A stretch of DNA of 64,000 bases from Candidatus Nealsonbacteria bacterium RIFOXYB1_FULL_40_15 (GTDB lineage Bacteria; Patescibacteriota; Minisyncoccia; Minisyncoccales; GWA2-38-27), in the NCBI GenBank assembly GCA_001821555.1, contig MHMM01000010.1:19629-83628 (forward strand), in the 5' to 3' direction. Shown here piece by piece: positions 49,010 through 58,727 of this stretch. Made by a program: the position numbers and the translations under genes. The notes below the pieces were generated by a model. That model worked only from the letters and a program-made list of their open reading frames with translations, was not told where the DNA came from and did not search any database. How positions within the stretch are numbered: the stretch's first letter is position 1; every line of letters begins with the position of its first letter.

Positions 49010-49681
49010 TTATTCTTCAGAAGGTATGGCAGAATTATTCGGACACTCAAACTCATCAACTCTCGCCTGGACCAATTGGTGCTGAAGCCTTCCAATCAGA
49101 AATTCCAATAAACCAAACCATTCCCTGCCGAGATTAATCGCAATGGGGCATCTCAGCATGTCCCTCCATTCAAGCGTAAAGCGTAGCCCGCTTAGCACTG
49201 TAAATGCACTCTGGAAACTTTCTCCCGGAAGAAATTGGAAGATGTGTCCAGGATCAAAGACAGGAATATTGTGGAGATGTTGTCCCGCCCTAATTGGACA
49301 AAGAACACCAGCCCCGGCAAGACGATCGGCGTCCTTTAAGATGACCGTAACAGAGTTGTCATCGTCTTTATTCTTCTCGCTGTGGTGCAGAACAGCCTCC
49401 AAAACTAGTCGTTTCTCTTCTTCTGTAAAATCCGTAAGCTCTAGATATCCGCGCACCCTTTCTTTCTCTTCATCCGGAGAGAAAATTCTGTCCGTATTGT
49501 GGCAAATTCCAGCTACCCAGGCCAGTTTGGCCAAGACCGCATCTTCTCCTGCAATTATGTCCCCGTATTGGGCGACAAGCAAGGCATGAGTAAAGTCGTG
49601 ACCAAGAACTGCCCTTCCCGAATGATCATCCCAAACCTTCTTTGTCAAACACGGATACACCTGCCACCATCTACGATCCAT
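49010..49681 (-). CDS. HD-domain-like hypothetical phosphohydrolase
   Basis: GHDFTHA, CHNTDR, VLHH, LKDADRL. Confidence 0.6.
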   Translation of the reverse strand: MDRRWWQVYPCLTKKVWDDHSGRAVLGHDFTHALLVAQYGDIIAGEDAVLAKLAWVAGICHNTDRIFSPDEEKERVRGYLELTDFTEEEKRLVLEAVLHHSEKNKDDDNSVTVILKDADRLAGAGVLCPIRAGQHLHNIPVFDPGHIFQFLPGESFQSAFTVLSGLRFTLEWRDMLRCPIAINLGREWFGLLEFLIGRLQHQLVQARVDEFECPNNSAIPSEE

Positions 49682-49779
49682 ACAGCTATTCCTTTCAAAA
49701 TCAATTACTCTAGATTTCTTGGGGCAAGAACTTTAACGAACTGCTTCATACCTTATCACTTATTTCCAACTAGTCAAGC

Positions 49780-49808
49780 TTGATTTTGAGAATTCAAAAT
49801 AGCATAAT
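49780..49808 (+). promoter_or_regulatory. Probable sigma70 promoter TTGATT-17-CATAAT, 6 nt before the ATG
   Basis: Read directly from sequence upstream of 49815. Confidence 0.55.
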
Positions 49809-49814
49809 GAACCA

Positions 49815-52058
49815 ATGGTAATTCCCGACAAATACTACAAGGTTTTTTTGTATTCCTTTTGTTTTATTTTGCTTCTTCCATTTTTTTCAGCTCCTCCCTG
49901 GCTTCACCCTTCTGCCTGGGGAAAGGCGATAATCTTCAGAATAATTTCTTCTATTCTTATTTTCCTATTTATATATCTTTTGGCCTCAAAAAAAGGATAT
50001 ATAAAAAGGGAGGATTTTTTGGATAAGAAAAGTGGCGTTTTCTGGCCATCCTGGACACTTGCCGTATTTTTAGCACTTGTCTTTATATCTGTTATCTTTT
50101 CCAAAGATCCCTTTTACAGCTTTTGGGAATCTCCTTTCAGGGGAGGAGGATTCCTTAATTATTTCTTGTGCGTAGCCACGGCTATTCTGGCTTTTTTGAT
50201 AATTAAGAAAGGGGACTGGCCTAGGATTTGGTTCTTTGCGACAATTTCAGGCATTTTAGTCTCGTTCGTGGCTGTATTCCAAAAATTCGGCATATTTTCA
50301 AAAACCATTATTCCCTATGCCGAAAGGCCTCCGGGGACAATGGGAGGACCTACTTTTTTAGCGGTTTATCTTTTGCTTTTGGCTTTTGCGGCTCTTTCTT
50401 TTTTATTTAAAGAAAAGGGCTGGAAAAAGATTTTTTACGTCTTCGCATTTATTTTATTCTTTTACGTAATCCTGCTTACCGGAAGCAGAGCTTCTTATTT
50501 CGGGCTTTTAGCAGGAATTCTTTACTTTCTTTTCTTCTTCCCCCAAAAAAAGCTTTGGGCAGTTAAAATTATTGCTGTTTTGATTCTTTTCCTTGCTGTT
50601 TACAGCGTCTATAGGGTCAATTATGTATCTAGAGATCTTTTTCTCCCCGCCCTAAACAACAACAAAGAAGCGCAGGAACTTTTAAACAGAATGTCTGTAA
50701 GACTATTTTTGGAAGATCCTAGGTTTTCTGCTTGGAAGCTTTCTGCAGAAGCCATAAAAGAAAATCCTGTTCTGGGATGGGGCCCCGAAAATTACTCTAT
50801 TGCTTTTGACAAGTATTATGACCCTGCTCTGCCGTTTATAAACAGAGCATGGGGAAGCTGGTACGACAAAGCCCATAATTTTTTGATTGACATAGCCGTC
50901 TCGTCTGGAATCCCCGCCCTAATTGCATTCCTCTCTTTTATTGCAGTTCTTTTTCTAAAACTAAGAAAGTCTGAAGATCCTTTAATGTCGCACGGTGTCC
51001 GGACCAGCATCTTTGCTTACTTTGGAGCCAATCTTTTTAGCTTTGACACATTTTCAACTTATTTGATATTCTTTTTTGTTATTGCTTTTGGATTAAAAAT
51101 TATCTCAAAAGATGAACTAGGCGAAGAGAAAAAGAGAGCAGATGTTTCTCTCTGGAAAACAGGCCTTATTTTCGTTTCCTTTTTTGTTCTTATAGCATTT
51201 CTTTGGCATGGATGCTTAAAGCCCCTAAAGATAAACAAAGAAATAAACTACGCTGATTTTTATTTGAAGCAGGGGAACTGCGATAAAGCTCTGGAAAAAA
51301 TGGGGATCATCGCCTCTTCAAAAAGCATTATAGACAGTTATTTGCGGCTCCAGTACACAGATATTATAAGGGGCTGTATCCAGCAAAATGCCAAAACTAA
51401 AGCCGAACTGGCCCCTTTAGCTGTTTCTATTTTAAAAGAAGAAAAAGAATTAAGGCCTTTTTACACTAGAACCTGGATAACATTAGCATCATACCTAAAC
51501 GCTTTGGACAAAGCAGAAGAAGCTATTTTGGCCTTTGAAGGGGCGCTGGAATTAAGCCCCAAAAGAGAAGAATCGTTTTCCGGCCTTATAGATTCTCTTT
51601 TCCTCTCAAAAAATTATGAAAGGGCAACAAAAGAAGCTGATAAATGCTTAGATAATATTCCTGAATCTGCGCTCTGCTGGTGGAAAAAATCCCTATCGCA
51701 TATTTATCTAGAAGAGCTGGATAATGCGGATTTTGCCGAAAAAGAAGCCATAAAAAGAGGGTTTAATCCTATTTCCCCCAAGCCTATTTCCGAAACAATA
51801 ATAGCTTACATGGATTTAGCTTTAAAAACCAAAGATAAAAAGATAAAAGAAGCTTCTTATCTTAAGCTGGCTGACTGTTATCAAAAGCTGATACTTTATG
51901 TGGACTACAACAACTACCAATACCATGCCTCTCTTGCATATGCCTATAAGGAGCTGGGAGAAACAAAGAAGGCCAAGGAAGAAGCCCTTGTTGTGATAAA
52001 ACTTGCTCCCGAACTGAAGAGCCAGGTTGAAGAGTTTATTAAAAATCTCACAAAATGA
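49815..52058 (+). CDS. O-antigen ligase/O-oligosaccharyltransferase family (Wzy_C) protein with C-terminal TPR region
   Basis: Many TMs, GTMGGP, TGSRA, PVLGWGPENY, YDKAHN; helical TPR-like tail. Confidence 0.85.
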   Translation: MVIPDKYYKVFLYSFCFILLLPFFSAPPWLHPSAWGKAIIFRIISSILIFLFIYLLASKKGYIKREDFLDKKSGVFWPSWTLAVFLALVFISVIFSKDPFYSFWESPFRGGGFLNYFLCVATAILAFLIIKKGDWPRIWFFATISGILVSFVAVFQKFGIFSKTIIPYAERPPGTMGGPTFLAVYLLLLAFAALSFLFKEKGWKKIFYVFAFILFFYVILLTGSRASYFGLLAGILYFLFFFPQKKLWAVKIIAVLILFLAVYSVYRVNYVSRDLFLPALNNNKEAQELLNRMSVRLFLEDPRFSAWKLSAEAIKENPVLGWGPENYSIAFDKYYDPALPFINRAWGSWYDKAHNFLIDIAVSSGIPALIAFLSFIAVLFLKLRKSEDPLMSHGVRTSIFAYFGANLFSFDTFSTYLIFFFVIAFGLKIISKDELGEEKKRADVSLWKTGLIFVSFFVLIAFLWHGCLKPLKINKEINYADFYLKQGNCDKALEKMGIIASSKSIIDSYLRLQYTDIIRGCIQQNAKTKAELAPLAVSILKEEKELRPFYTRTWITLASYLNALDKAEEAILAFEGALELSPKREESFSGLIDSLFLSKNYERATKEADKCLDNIPESALCWWKKSLSHIYLEELDNADFAEKEAIKRGFNPISPKPISETIIAYMDLALKTKDKKIKEASYLKLADCYQKLILYVDYNNYQYHASLAYAYKELGETKKAKEEALVVIKLAPELKSQVEEFIKNLTK

Positions 52059-54274
52059 GCCGGAAAATATATCTTGCCTGCATTTTTATAGTCTTAGCCC
52101 TGCCCCTTCTTTCTTCGCCCTTGCTTTTTTATCCTCCGGCATGGGGAAAGACAATTATTTTTAAAATAGTAATGAGCATAGTGTTTTTCTTTTTCTTAAA
52201 AGATATAATCTCTGGCAAAATATCATATAAAGAAAAAATTAAAGAGCTTTTAGATAAAAAAAGCCGCGTTTTCCTGCCTTTTTGGATTTTAGCGGTATTT
52301 CTCTGCATAAATGCTATTTCTCTTATTTTTTCAAAAGATCTTTATTTCAGCTTCTTTGGATCCCCCTTAAGGGCGGGCGGATTTTTAAATTTAGTTTTTT
52401 ATTTCTTTTTTTCTATATTTATTTTTTTATTTTTAAAACAAAAAGAATGGGAAAAAGTTTGGAAGTTCTCCTTTGTCGTAGGACTCCTCGTATCTCTTTT
52501 TGCTTTAATCCAGCAGTTTAGGATATTCGGAGACAAAATAATTCCATATCCCATAAGGCCTCCTTCTACTTTGGGCTCTCCCGTATTCTTAGCCCTCTAT
52601 CTGGCAATACTTTCCTTTCTTTGTCTGGCTTTCGCAATAAAAGAAGAAAAGAAAAGTTCAAGAATATTTTATTTCGCCTGTTTTCTAATCTATATGCTTG
52701 TTATATTCCTAACCGGAACAAGAGCCGCCTATTTTGGAATTTTTGCGGGATTGATATACTTTTTGTTTTTTTATCCCAAAAAACATCCCTGGCCGAAGAT
52801 TGCGGCCGGATCTATTTTGGTTTTTGCTGTGGTCTTGATTTATCTCTTCAATGTTTTTTCTGGATTCGGTTTTATCAAAGAAAACCCGACTCTTTTTTCT
52901 CTTTCTGAAAGATTTACCGCCAGGCTTTTTACGACTGATCCCAGGCCAGCAGGCTGGAGTATTCTTCTTAACGCTGTAAAGGAAAGGCCCTTTTTCGGCT
53001 GGGGACTAGAAAATATATCTGTCGCCTTTGACAAATACTATGATTCTGGGCTTCCCAATATCCACAAAGAAGGAGGGGCTTGGTGGGACAGATCGCATAA
53101 CATTTTTCTTGATATTGCGGTTTCAACCGGAATCCCCGCTTTGATAATTTATCTTTCTCTTCTGGGAATTATTTTCTATAGACTAAGGCATGATAAATCT
53201 CTTTATGCCCATGGGATAAAAACATCTTTTATCGCCTATCTTGCAACGGCTTTTTTCAGCTTTGACACATTTTCAACTTATCTTATCTTTTTCGTCCTTA
53301 TTGCTTTTTCTCTAAATATCTTGTCAAGCCAAAAAGAGCCCGCAAAAGAAAAAATCCTCTTAGGATACTTAAGCTGGCCAAAATATGCTTTAATTGCATT
53401 ATTATTTCTGCTAATTTTTATTTTTGCATACCAATTTAATATAAAGCCCCTTTTTTTGAACAGGGAAATAAATATAGCAGTTAAAAATAATTGCGAAGAA
53501 GCTGTCCAAAAAATGGATTCTGTTTTTTATAAAAAAGGATTTATACAACAATATGCAGGCCTTGAATATGTAGATATGCTGGCAAAATGCATAAAGAATA
53601 ATCCTAAAAAAGAAGAAGAGCTTTCTAGAAAAGCAGTCTCTGTTTTGGATGACATTGTTAGAATAAGACCCGAAAATACCAGGGGGTGGCTTTTGTCCGC
53701 AGAATATTCAAATATCCTTATTCAATTTTCAGAGAACAAAAATGAGCTTCTAGAAAAATCTTATTCTAGTTTAGAAAAAGCCCAAGAATTAAGCCCAAAA
53801 AGAAAGGAAATTATCATAGAATGGATAAATTGGATTAGATCGGCTATTGCTTTGGGAGATTACAACAAAGCCATAGAAAAAACAGATGAATTAATATCCA
53901 AAACAAATATCCCTGATTTCTGGTGGGAAAAAGGAATCGCGAATATTTATTCGGGAAATATAGAGGAAGGGAAAGAAAATATCAGGACAGCCGGAGAAAA
54001 CGGATACTCCATAGAAAGCCCGGATTCCCTAAAGAGGATCTTAAACGCTTATGCCAGTATTCCTAAGAGTCCTGAAATATATGGACAGCTTAAAGAAATT
54101 TATAAGAATCTAATTGTTTTTGAACCGGATAACTTTCAATATCATGCTTCTCTTGCATTTGTCTATAAGGAATTGAAAGAATATAATAAAGCAAGAGAAG
54201 AAGCTAATATAGTTTTGAGGATTTCTCCGGAATCCGAAGAGAATATAAGAAAGTTTTTGAACAGCTTAAAATAA
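52055..54274 (+). CDS. O-antigen ligase/O-oligosaccharyltransferase family (Wzy_C) protein with TPR region, tandem paralog
   Basis: STLGSP, TGTRAA, PFFGWGLEN, WDRSHN; shares FSFDTFSTYLIFF and QYHASLA with the upstream gene. Confidence 0.85.
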   Translation: MSRKIYLACIFIVLALPLLSSPLLFYPPAWGKTIIFKIVMSIVFFFFLKDIISGKISYKEKIKELLDKKSRVFLPFWILAVFLCINAISLIFSKDLYFSFFGSPLRAGGFLNLVFYFFFSIFIFLFLKQKEWEKVWKFSFVVGLLVSLFALIQQFRIFGDKIIPYPIRPPSTLGSPVFLALYLAILSFLCLAFAIKEEKKSSRIFYFACFLIYMLVIFLTGTRAAYFGIFAGLIYFLFFYPKKHPWPKIAAGSILVFAVVLIYLFNVFSGFGFIKENPTLFSLSERFTARLFTTDPRPAGWSILLNAVKERPFFGWGLENISVAFDKYYDSGLPNIHKEGGAWWDRSHNIFLDIAVSTGIPALIIYLSLLGIIFYRLRHDKSLYAHGIKTSFIAYLATAFFSFDTFSTYLIFFVLIAFSLNILSSQKEPAKEKILLGYLSWPKYALIALLFLLIFIFAYQFNIKPLFLNREINIAVKNNCEEAVQKMDSVFYKKGFIQQYAGLEYVDMLAKCIKNNPKKEEELSRKAVSVLDDIVRIRPENTRGWLLSAEYSNILIQFSENKNELLEKSYSSLEKAQELSPKRKEIIIEWINWIRSAIALGDYNKAIEKTDELISKTNIPDFWWEKGIANIYSGNIEEGKENIRTAGENGYSIESPDSLKRILNAYASIPKSPEIYGQLKEIYKNLIVFEPDNFQYHASLAFVYKELKEYNKAREEANIVLRISPESEENIRKFLNSLK

Positions 54275-54287
54275 AATCAACATCAAC

Positions 54288-54316
54288 AAAAGAGCCCCCG
54301 CAAGGGGGCTCTTTTT
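54288..54316. terminator. Bidirectional intrinsic terminator between convergent genes
   Basis: AAAAGAGCCCCC-GCAA-GGGGGCTCTTTT perfect stem with A/T tails on both sides. Confidence 0.9.
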
Positions 54317-54334
54317 ATTCTCTTCAAACTTCCA

Positions 54335-54440
54335 CCCCGAACCAGAACAAGTTCGGTACGGGGCAAGCAAGAGAAAACGTCCCCAATAATGAGGACGCTT
54401 TCTGCTATCCCTCGCTCCGTCTCCACAAGTGACGTGAGGG
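54335..54440. repeat. Cluster of imperfect GC-rich hairpins (REP-like) in the 3' region of the S-layer-like gene
   Basis: CCCCG..GAAC-AA-GTTC..CGGGG; AGAAA.CGTCC...GGACG.TTTCT; CCCTC...GAGGG. Confidence 0.45.
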
Positions 54441-54453
54441 TTCAGTTCAAGAA

Positions 54454-57400
54454 TTAGTTGCTGTGAGTTACTGCCCAGATATCTCCGCGGAAGATTATAG
54501 CACCTTCGGCGTAGTCTCCAGATCCATCAATTCCGAATTGGCAGTTGTTGTTAGCAGCATCGTCCAGCCAGAGTTGGATAGAATTGTTTCCAGTGGTTCC
54601 TTCGGCTTCAAAGTCTGAAAGATCGCCGTAGATGTACATCTTCTTTGTCTGGCCCGCAGGAACAGTGAATGTGTTGTTATTGAAGGCAAAGGTAACGCTG
54701 CTGCCTGCCGCCAAAGAAGCGTCTGCTACTTCGGTAGTGGCATAAGTCGTTCCTGCTTCATCCTTCAAATACCAATTACCTGCTGTTCCATTCGTATCAT
54801 ACGGGCTGGCTTCGATATTGACAATCACCTGATGAGAAGAGTTAAACGTAACATCCTCTGCAGAAGCTGCTGTCACATCAAATACGGCCAAGAGATAGGT
54901 TGAGCTTGGAGCAGATATTGTTCCAGAAGGTTGTACTGATGCAAGCGAGAAGTAAGGTCTTGTCTCATATAATTGATGAGAAAGGCCTGCAATGCCCACA
55001 TCGGTTGAGGATATTGACTGTTGTGAAGATAATCCCGTCAAACCCACGTATCCTGCTGTAGAAATGCTGGCTCCTACTGTAGTGTCGGACGTTGTTATAG
55101 ATCCGTCTACATTCTTCATCTTGGCCTTAAGAGTAATCTTTGCATATCCATTTGCAGGAATTGTAACTGTTCCGTCAGCAAAATCAACTCTCGGAGTAAG
55201 CGTAGAACCGGGCACCGATCCGACTAGCGTATCTCCATTGTAGAAGTAGTATGTATCCACATCATCGCCACCCGTTACGGTAACTCTGATATTATCAAGA
55301 TCCATATCTTCCACATTGTTGGCTGCTATTCTGAATACGTTCAGAGTAGCTGTCTGTCCGCCTAATATAATGTCGGCATTCTGAATTGAAGAATCCCTCG
55401 TGACAGTTACAACCCCATAAGAAGATACTGTAAATGACTGCTTATATGTGGTTGTTACATCTTCTTGTATAGAAGATCCTGTGTCCACTCCAGTGCTCGT
55501 CATATCTCCGTGAGCAGCTATGCTGAAGACGTGACTGCCAGATGTGTTTGCGGAAGCATCCAAATCAGCAACCAAAGCCAATCTCACAGATGTTCCCTTC
55601 GCAACTGTAATTGTCGTTGATAAAGGAAATGCCTGGGTTGTGGCTGCTGGCTGCTTGGTGTCAGAAATCTTTGTCTCATAAACATCACCTCTTGAGCTGT
55701 TTGCAGAAGTAAGATCCGCCCACAGTTCGGCATTGTTTATGTCTGCATAGTAAGTGCTATCATCATTAGTTACAGTAATGGAGGTTACGCTAATGTCTTC
55801 CCCTGAAGTTCCTGCGTCAAGAGAGAAAGTAGCCCAGACAAAATCACTTGTTCCTTTGGCTACTGCTCTTCCTGAAGGACTTGAAAGGGTTACAACATTA
55901 AGATCTCCAGCTGCAACTGTTAGCGTATTGCATGCAACATCAGAAGAGGGAGTTATTGTCGGAGAATCGTTGGTGGTCATTCCTCTTGCAGTTATAGAAC
56001 TGTCAGGAGTCTGGGCATCCACAATTATAGTATCCCCCGTAGCCGCGTCAGTTCCAACTTTAGCTCTCAAGGTATATTTGTGAATTCCTACTGGCACGAT
56101 AAACGTATCGGTAAAGGTGACGTCTCCAGACGAAGGATCGTTTGGACCTGCCACTATACTGCCGTTTTCGTCATACAGTTTGACGTTGGTTACATCAGCT
56201 GCTGTGAAAGAGGAACCAGTTAAGTCAGTAACGGTTACTGTTACTATAAATTGGGTAATCCTCATTTCCTCTCCGCGAGCTTCTATGTCCCATGCACCTA
56301 AGGTAATATCGTCTCCTACGGCTATATTTCCCGTAGCAGGACCGGTAGATGATTTGGAAACCACTAGAGTTCCCGAACCAATCGTCTGGTTAGTTCCGAG
56401 ACCGTCAGAGCTTGTCCAGCTGTTTGACGGAGTAATATAGAATCCGTAAGTGTTGCCTTTGACATTAACCAATACGTCTGTTCCGTCAATAAGGTCAATA
56501 TTCGTGGTTAAGCTGGCTCCGCCAACTACGTCCACCAATATCTTAAACCTGTGGGTTTCCCCTTTTCCGACAACTATATTCAAGTTGCTCCAGGTTACCT
56601 TGCCTTCGGCATTGTAGCTAGCTACTGTTCCAAGGCTTTTGCCGTCAGTCACATCATACAGTTCAATGTTCTTGACATCAGTCAGAGAAGCTGATCCATA
56701 TTCCATGCCCGTTATAGACTCAATGGTAATGGCTTCTGTTGATCCTGCTGATATTTTGAAGGCCGAAACCTGAACATCGTTATCTCCGATGTCAGGAGTA
56801 GAATCTGTTGTTGTTTCTTCGTATATAGTTGCTGTTCCTATATCCAAGGTTACAACTGTTTTGTTGGCCCCTGTTATCGGAAAAGCCCCTGCGACAGAAG
56901 AAGCATCAGACACTATATCTGAAGCCGAAGCTATACCCAAAGCAACTGTCTTTCCGGCTGATACGCCGTTATTTACAGCAGCTCTGATATAAAAAGTTCT
57001 TGATGTTCCTGCCGCTATTTCTAATGCAGGAGTAAAGGTTACCATTGCCCTGTTGTCAACATTCAAGCTAGCTATGTTTCCATAGTAAGCTCCGTTAGCC
57101 GCGTCAACTATTTTGATATTTTCTATATCTGAATTTGTTGAAAGGCCTGTTCTTGTAACATAGATCTTTGTAATCTTAACGGGGCCTGATCCTGCCGTCA
57201 AAATAAATTTCGTAAAGTCAGCGTTTGCTCCGACGCTTGTTCCAGAAGCAATGCTTCCTGCAACCGGAGTATCGCCTGCCAGCATCGCACTAAGTCCGCC
57301 TGCTGCCGGAGGAGGAGTCGTTCCGCAATCAGCTGGACAGCTGGTTGAAGTTTCTCCTGTTTCGCAAACTCCGTTTCCGCAAACTGGCGTAGTCGGAGTT

Positions 57401-57849
57401 GGCCCCGCAGCTAATATCTGGTTCATTTTGGCTCTGGTGTTAGGACCTACTGTCCCCAAAGAACCAGTGCCGTATTTTGCCTGGAATTTCTTAACAGCCG
57501 CTGTGGTTAAAGAACCGTAGTAGGTTGTTTCATTTCCAGGAGAGCCGGCTCCCGTAGAAGCCACTCTTGTCGTAGCATCAGAATTCAAAATAATCTGGAC
57601 GCATTTTACATCTGCGCCGGTTGAACCCTGAGCAAGATTTCTCGTTAATGAAGTTACTGTGCAGCCTGTGATAGTTCCGCCAGTTGTGCCACCCATTTGG
57701 CCAAGTTGGGCCTGCAAAGATGACAATTGATTTAACAGCTGGTTGATCTGAAGCTGAAGCTCTTCAGCTGTTAATGCTTTGGCTGGAGCCGGAACAATCA
57801 TTACGGCCGCGACCGCAAAAACTGTAAAAAGTGTAAATAATCGTTTCAT
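54454..57849 (-). CDS. Large secreted S-layer-like surface protein with N-terminal peptidoglycan-binding-like domain
   Basis: Signal peptide ending APAKA, short coiled coil, PG_binding-like LAQGSTGADVK...YYGSLTTAAVKKFQ...VGPNTR, Cys motif CGNGVCETGETSTSCPADC, long Thr/Ser/Asp/Val-rich beta region. Confidence 0.75.
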   Translation of the reverse strand: MKRLFTLFTVFAVAAVMIVPAPAKALTAEELQLQINQLLNQLSSLQAQLGQMGGTTGGTITGCTVTSLTRNLAQGSTGADVKCVQIILNSDATTRVASTGAGSPGNETTYYGSLTTAAVKKFQAKYGTGSLGTVGPNTRAKMNQILAAGPTPTTPVCGNGVCETGETSTSCPADCGTTPPPAAGGLSAMLAGDTPVAGSIASGTSVGANADFTKFILTAGSGPVKITKIYVTRTGLSTNSDIENIKIVDAANGAYYGNIASLNVDNRAMVTFTPALEIAAGTSRTFYIRAAVNNGVSAGKTVALGIASASDIVSDASSVAGAFPITGANKTVVTLDIGTATIYEETTTDSTPDIGDNDVQVSAFKISAGSTEAITIESITGMEYGSASLTDVKNIELYDVTDGKSLGTVASYNAEGKVTWSNLNIVVGKGETHRFKILVDVVGGASLTTNIDLIDGTDVLVNVKGNTYGFYITPSNSWTSSDGLGTNQTIGSGTLVVSKSSTGPATGNIAVGDDITLGAWDIEARGEEMRITQFIVTVTVTDLTGSSFTAADVTNVKLYDENGSIVAGPNDPSSGDVTFTDTFIVPVGIHKYTLRAKVGTDAATGDTIIVDAQTPDSSITARGMTTNDSPTITPSSDVACNTLTVAAGDLNVVTLSSPSGRAVAKGTSDFVWATFSLDAGTSGEDISVTSITVTNDDSTYYADINNAELWADLTSANSSRGDVYETKISDTKQPAATTQAFPLSTTITVAKGTSVRLALVADLDASANTSGSHVFSIAAHGDMTSTGVDTGSSIQEDVTTTYKQSFTVSSYGVVTVTRDSSIQNADIILGGQTATLNVFRIAANNVEDMDLDNIRVTVTGGDDVDTYYFYNGDTLVGSVPGSTLTPRVDFADGTVTIPANGYAKITLKAKMKNVDGSITTSDTTVGASISTAGYVGLTGLSSQQSISSTDVGIAGLSHQLYETRPYFSLASVQPSGTISAPSSTYLLAVFDVTAASAEDVTFNSSHQVIVNIEASPYDTNGTAGNWYLKDEAGTTYATTEVADASLAAGSSVTFAFNNNTFTVPAGQTKKMYIYGDLSDFEAEGTTGNNSIQLWLDDAANNNCQFGIDGSGDYAEGAIIFRGDIWAVTHSN

Positions 57850-57939
57850 TTTATTAACCTTTAATTTTTCCTGCCTCAATCTTTAATAAGGTTGTGGCAA
57901 GAAATTTAATTTATGTTCGACCTTTGTTTGTAAATACTT

Positions 57940-57964
57940 AAAACCCCCGTTAGGGGAGGTTTTT
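57940..57964 (-). terminator. Hairpin after the anti-sigma gene (weak terminator or attenuator)
   Basis: AAAAACCTCCCC-TAAC-GGGGGTTTT on the minus strand. Confidence 0.45.
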
Positions 57965-57978
57965 CAAAAAATAATGTC

Positions 57979-58689
57979 CTACTTTCCAATTTCCAATATC
58001 TGCTCTAATGCTTTGCTGTATTCTTCTTTTTCAAAAAGTTCTTTTGCTACCGCAAGCATTTCCGATTCTTCTACTGTCAAGAAAGTCCTTTCTAGAGTCT
58101 TTATTTCTCTTTCAATCAATTCAGCTAATGCATTTTCAAGTTCTTCGGTTTCTCCCGTCTCCACCCCCAAAGATCGGACAATAGCTTCGTTCTCTGCCAG
58201 CTTCTTTATTTCTCCTGCTATTTCTTCAATGTTTCCGGCTTCTTTTATGCTTTTTGCCGCCTCTTCCGCCGAATTCTTATATTCCCTTATCGCCGGCTGG
58301 ACATCTCCATTTAAAGAAGCAATTTTTGTAAGATCGTTTAGTCTCTTGTTAACCATTTCTAAATCATGTCTTGGCTTGTCTTTTCCGGAAACTAGAACTG
58401 CCTGGCCTTTTTCAGTGATTTTTTTTAGAGGAAATAATGAATCTCCGGGAACCGAATTTTGGGCGAACCCGAATAATCCAATGAAAATGACTGCCGAAAA
58501 AACTGCCGCAAATGCCGGCTTATGATTGAATACGAATCTTTCTCCCCTTCGCAACTCTTTTATAAAGCCAATAAGGGTGAACTTGGGCTCTTCTTTGAAC
58601 AGGTTTTCTTTAGTTAAAACAACCCATTCCTGACTGGGCTTTATTTCTTTAAGCGCTCTAAGTTGCTCTATGAGATTTTTGTCGGTCAT
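57979..58689 (-). CDS. DUF5667-domain membrane protein, probable anti-sigma factor
   Basis: Single TM followed by SVPGDSLFPLKKITE; directly downstream of the ECF sigma. Confidence 0.7.
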   Translation of the reverse strand: MTDKNLIEQLRALKEIKPSQEWVVLTKENLFKEEPKFTLIGFIKELRRGERFVFNHKPAFAAVFSAVIFIGLFGFAQNSVPGDSLFPLKKITEKGQAVLVSGKDKPRHDLEMVNKRLNDLTKIASLNGDVQPAIREYKNSAEEAAKSIKEAGNIEEIAGEIKKLAENEAIVRSLGVETGETEELENALAELIEREIKTLERTFLTVEESEMLAVAKELFEKEEYSKALEQILEIGK

Positions 58690-58698
58690 TATACTGTT

Positions 58699-58726
58699 AT
58701 GACGGGAAAACTAGCTATTTGTTACA
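58699..58726 (-). promoter_or_regulatory. ECF-sigma-type promoter TGTAAC-N16-CGTCAT
   Basis: Minus strand TGTAAC AAATAGCTAGTTTTCC CGTCAT, 9 nt before the ATG at 58689; fits the generic ECF AAC/CGT consensus. Confidence 0.7.
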
Positions 58727-58727
58727 G

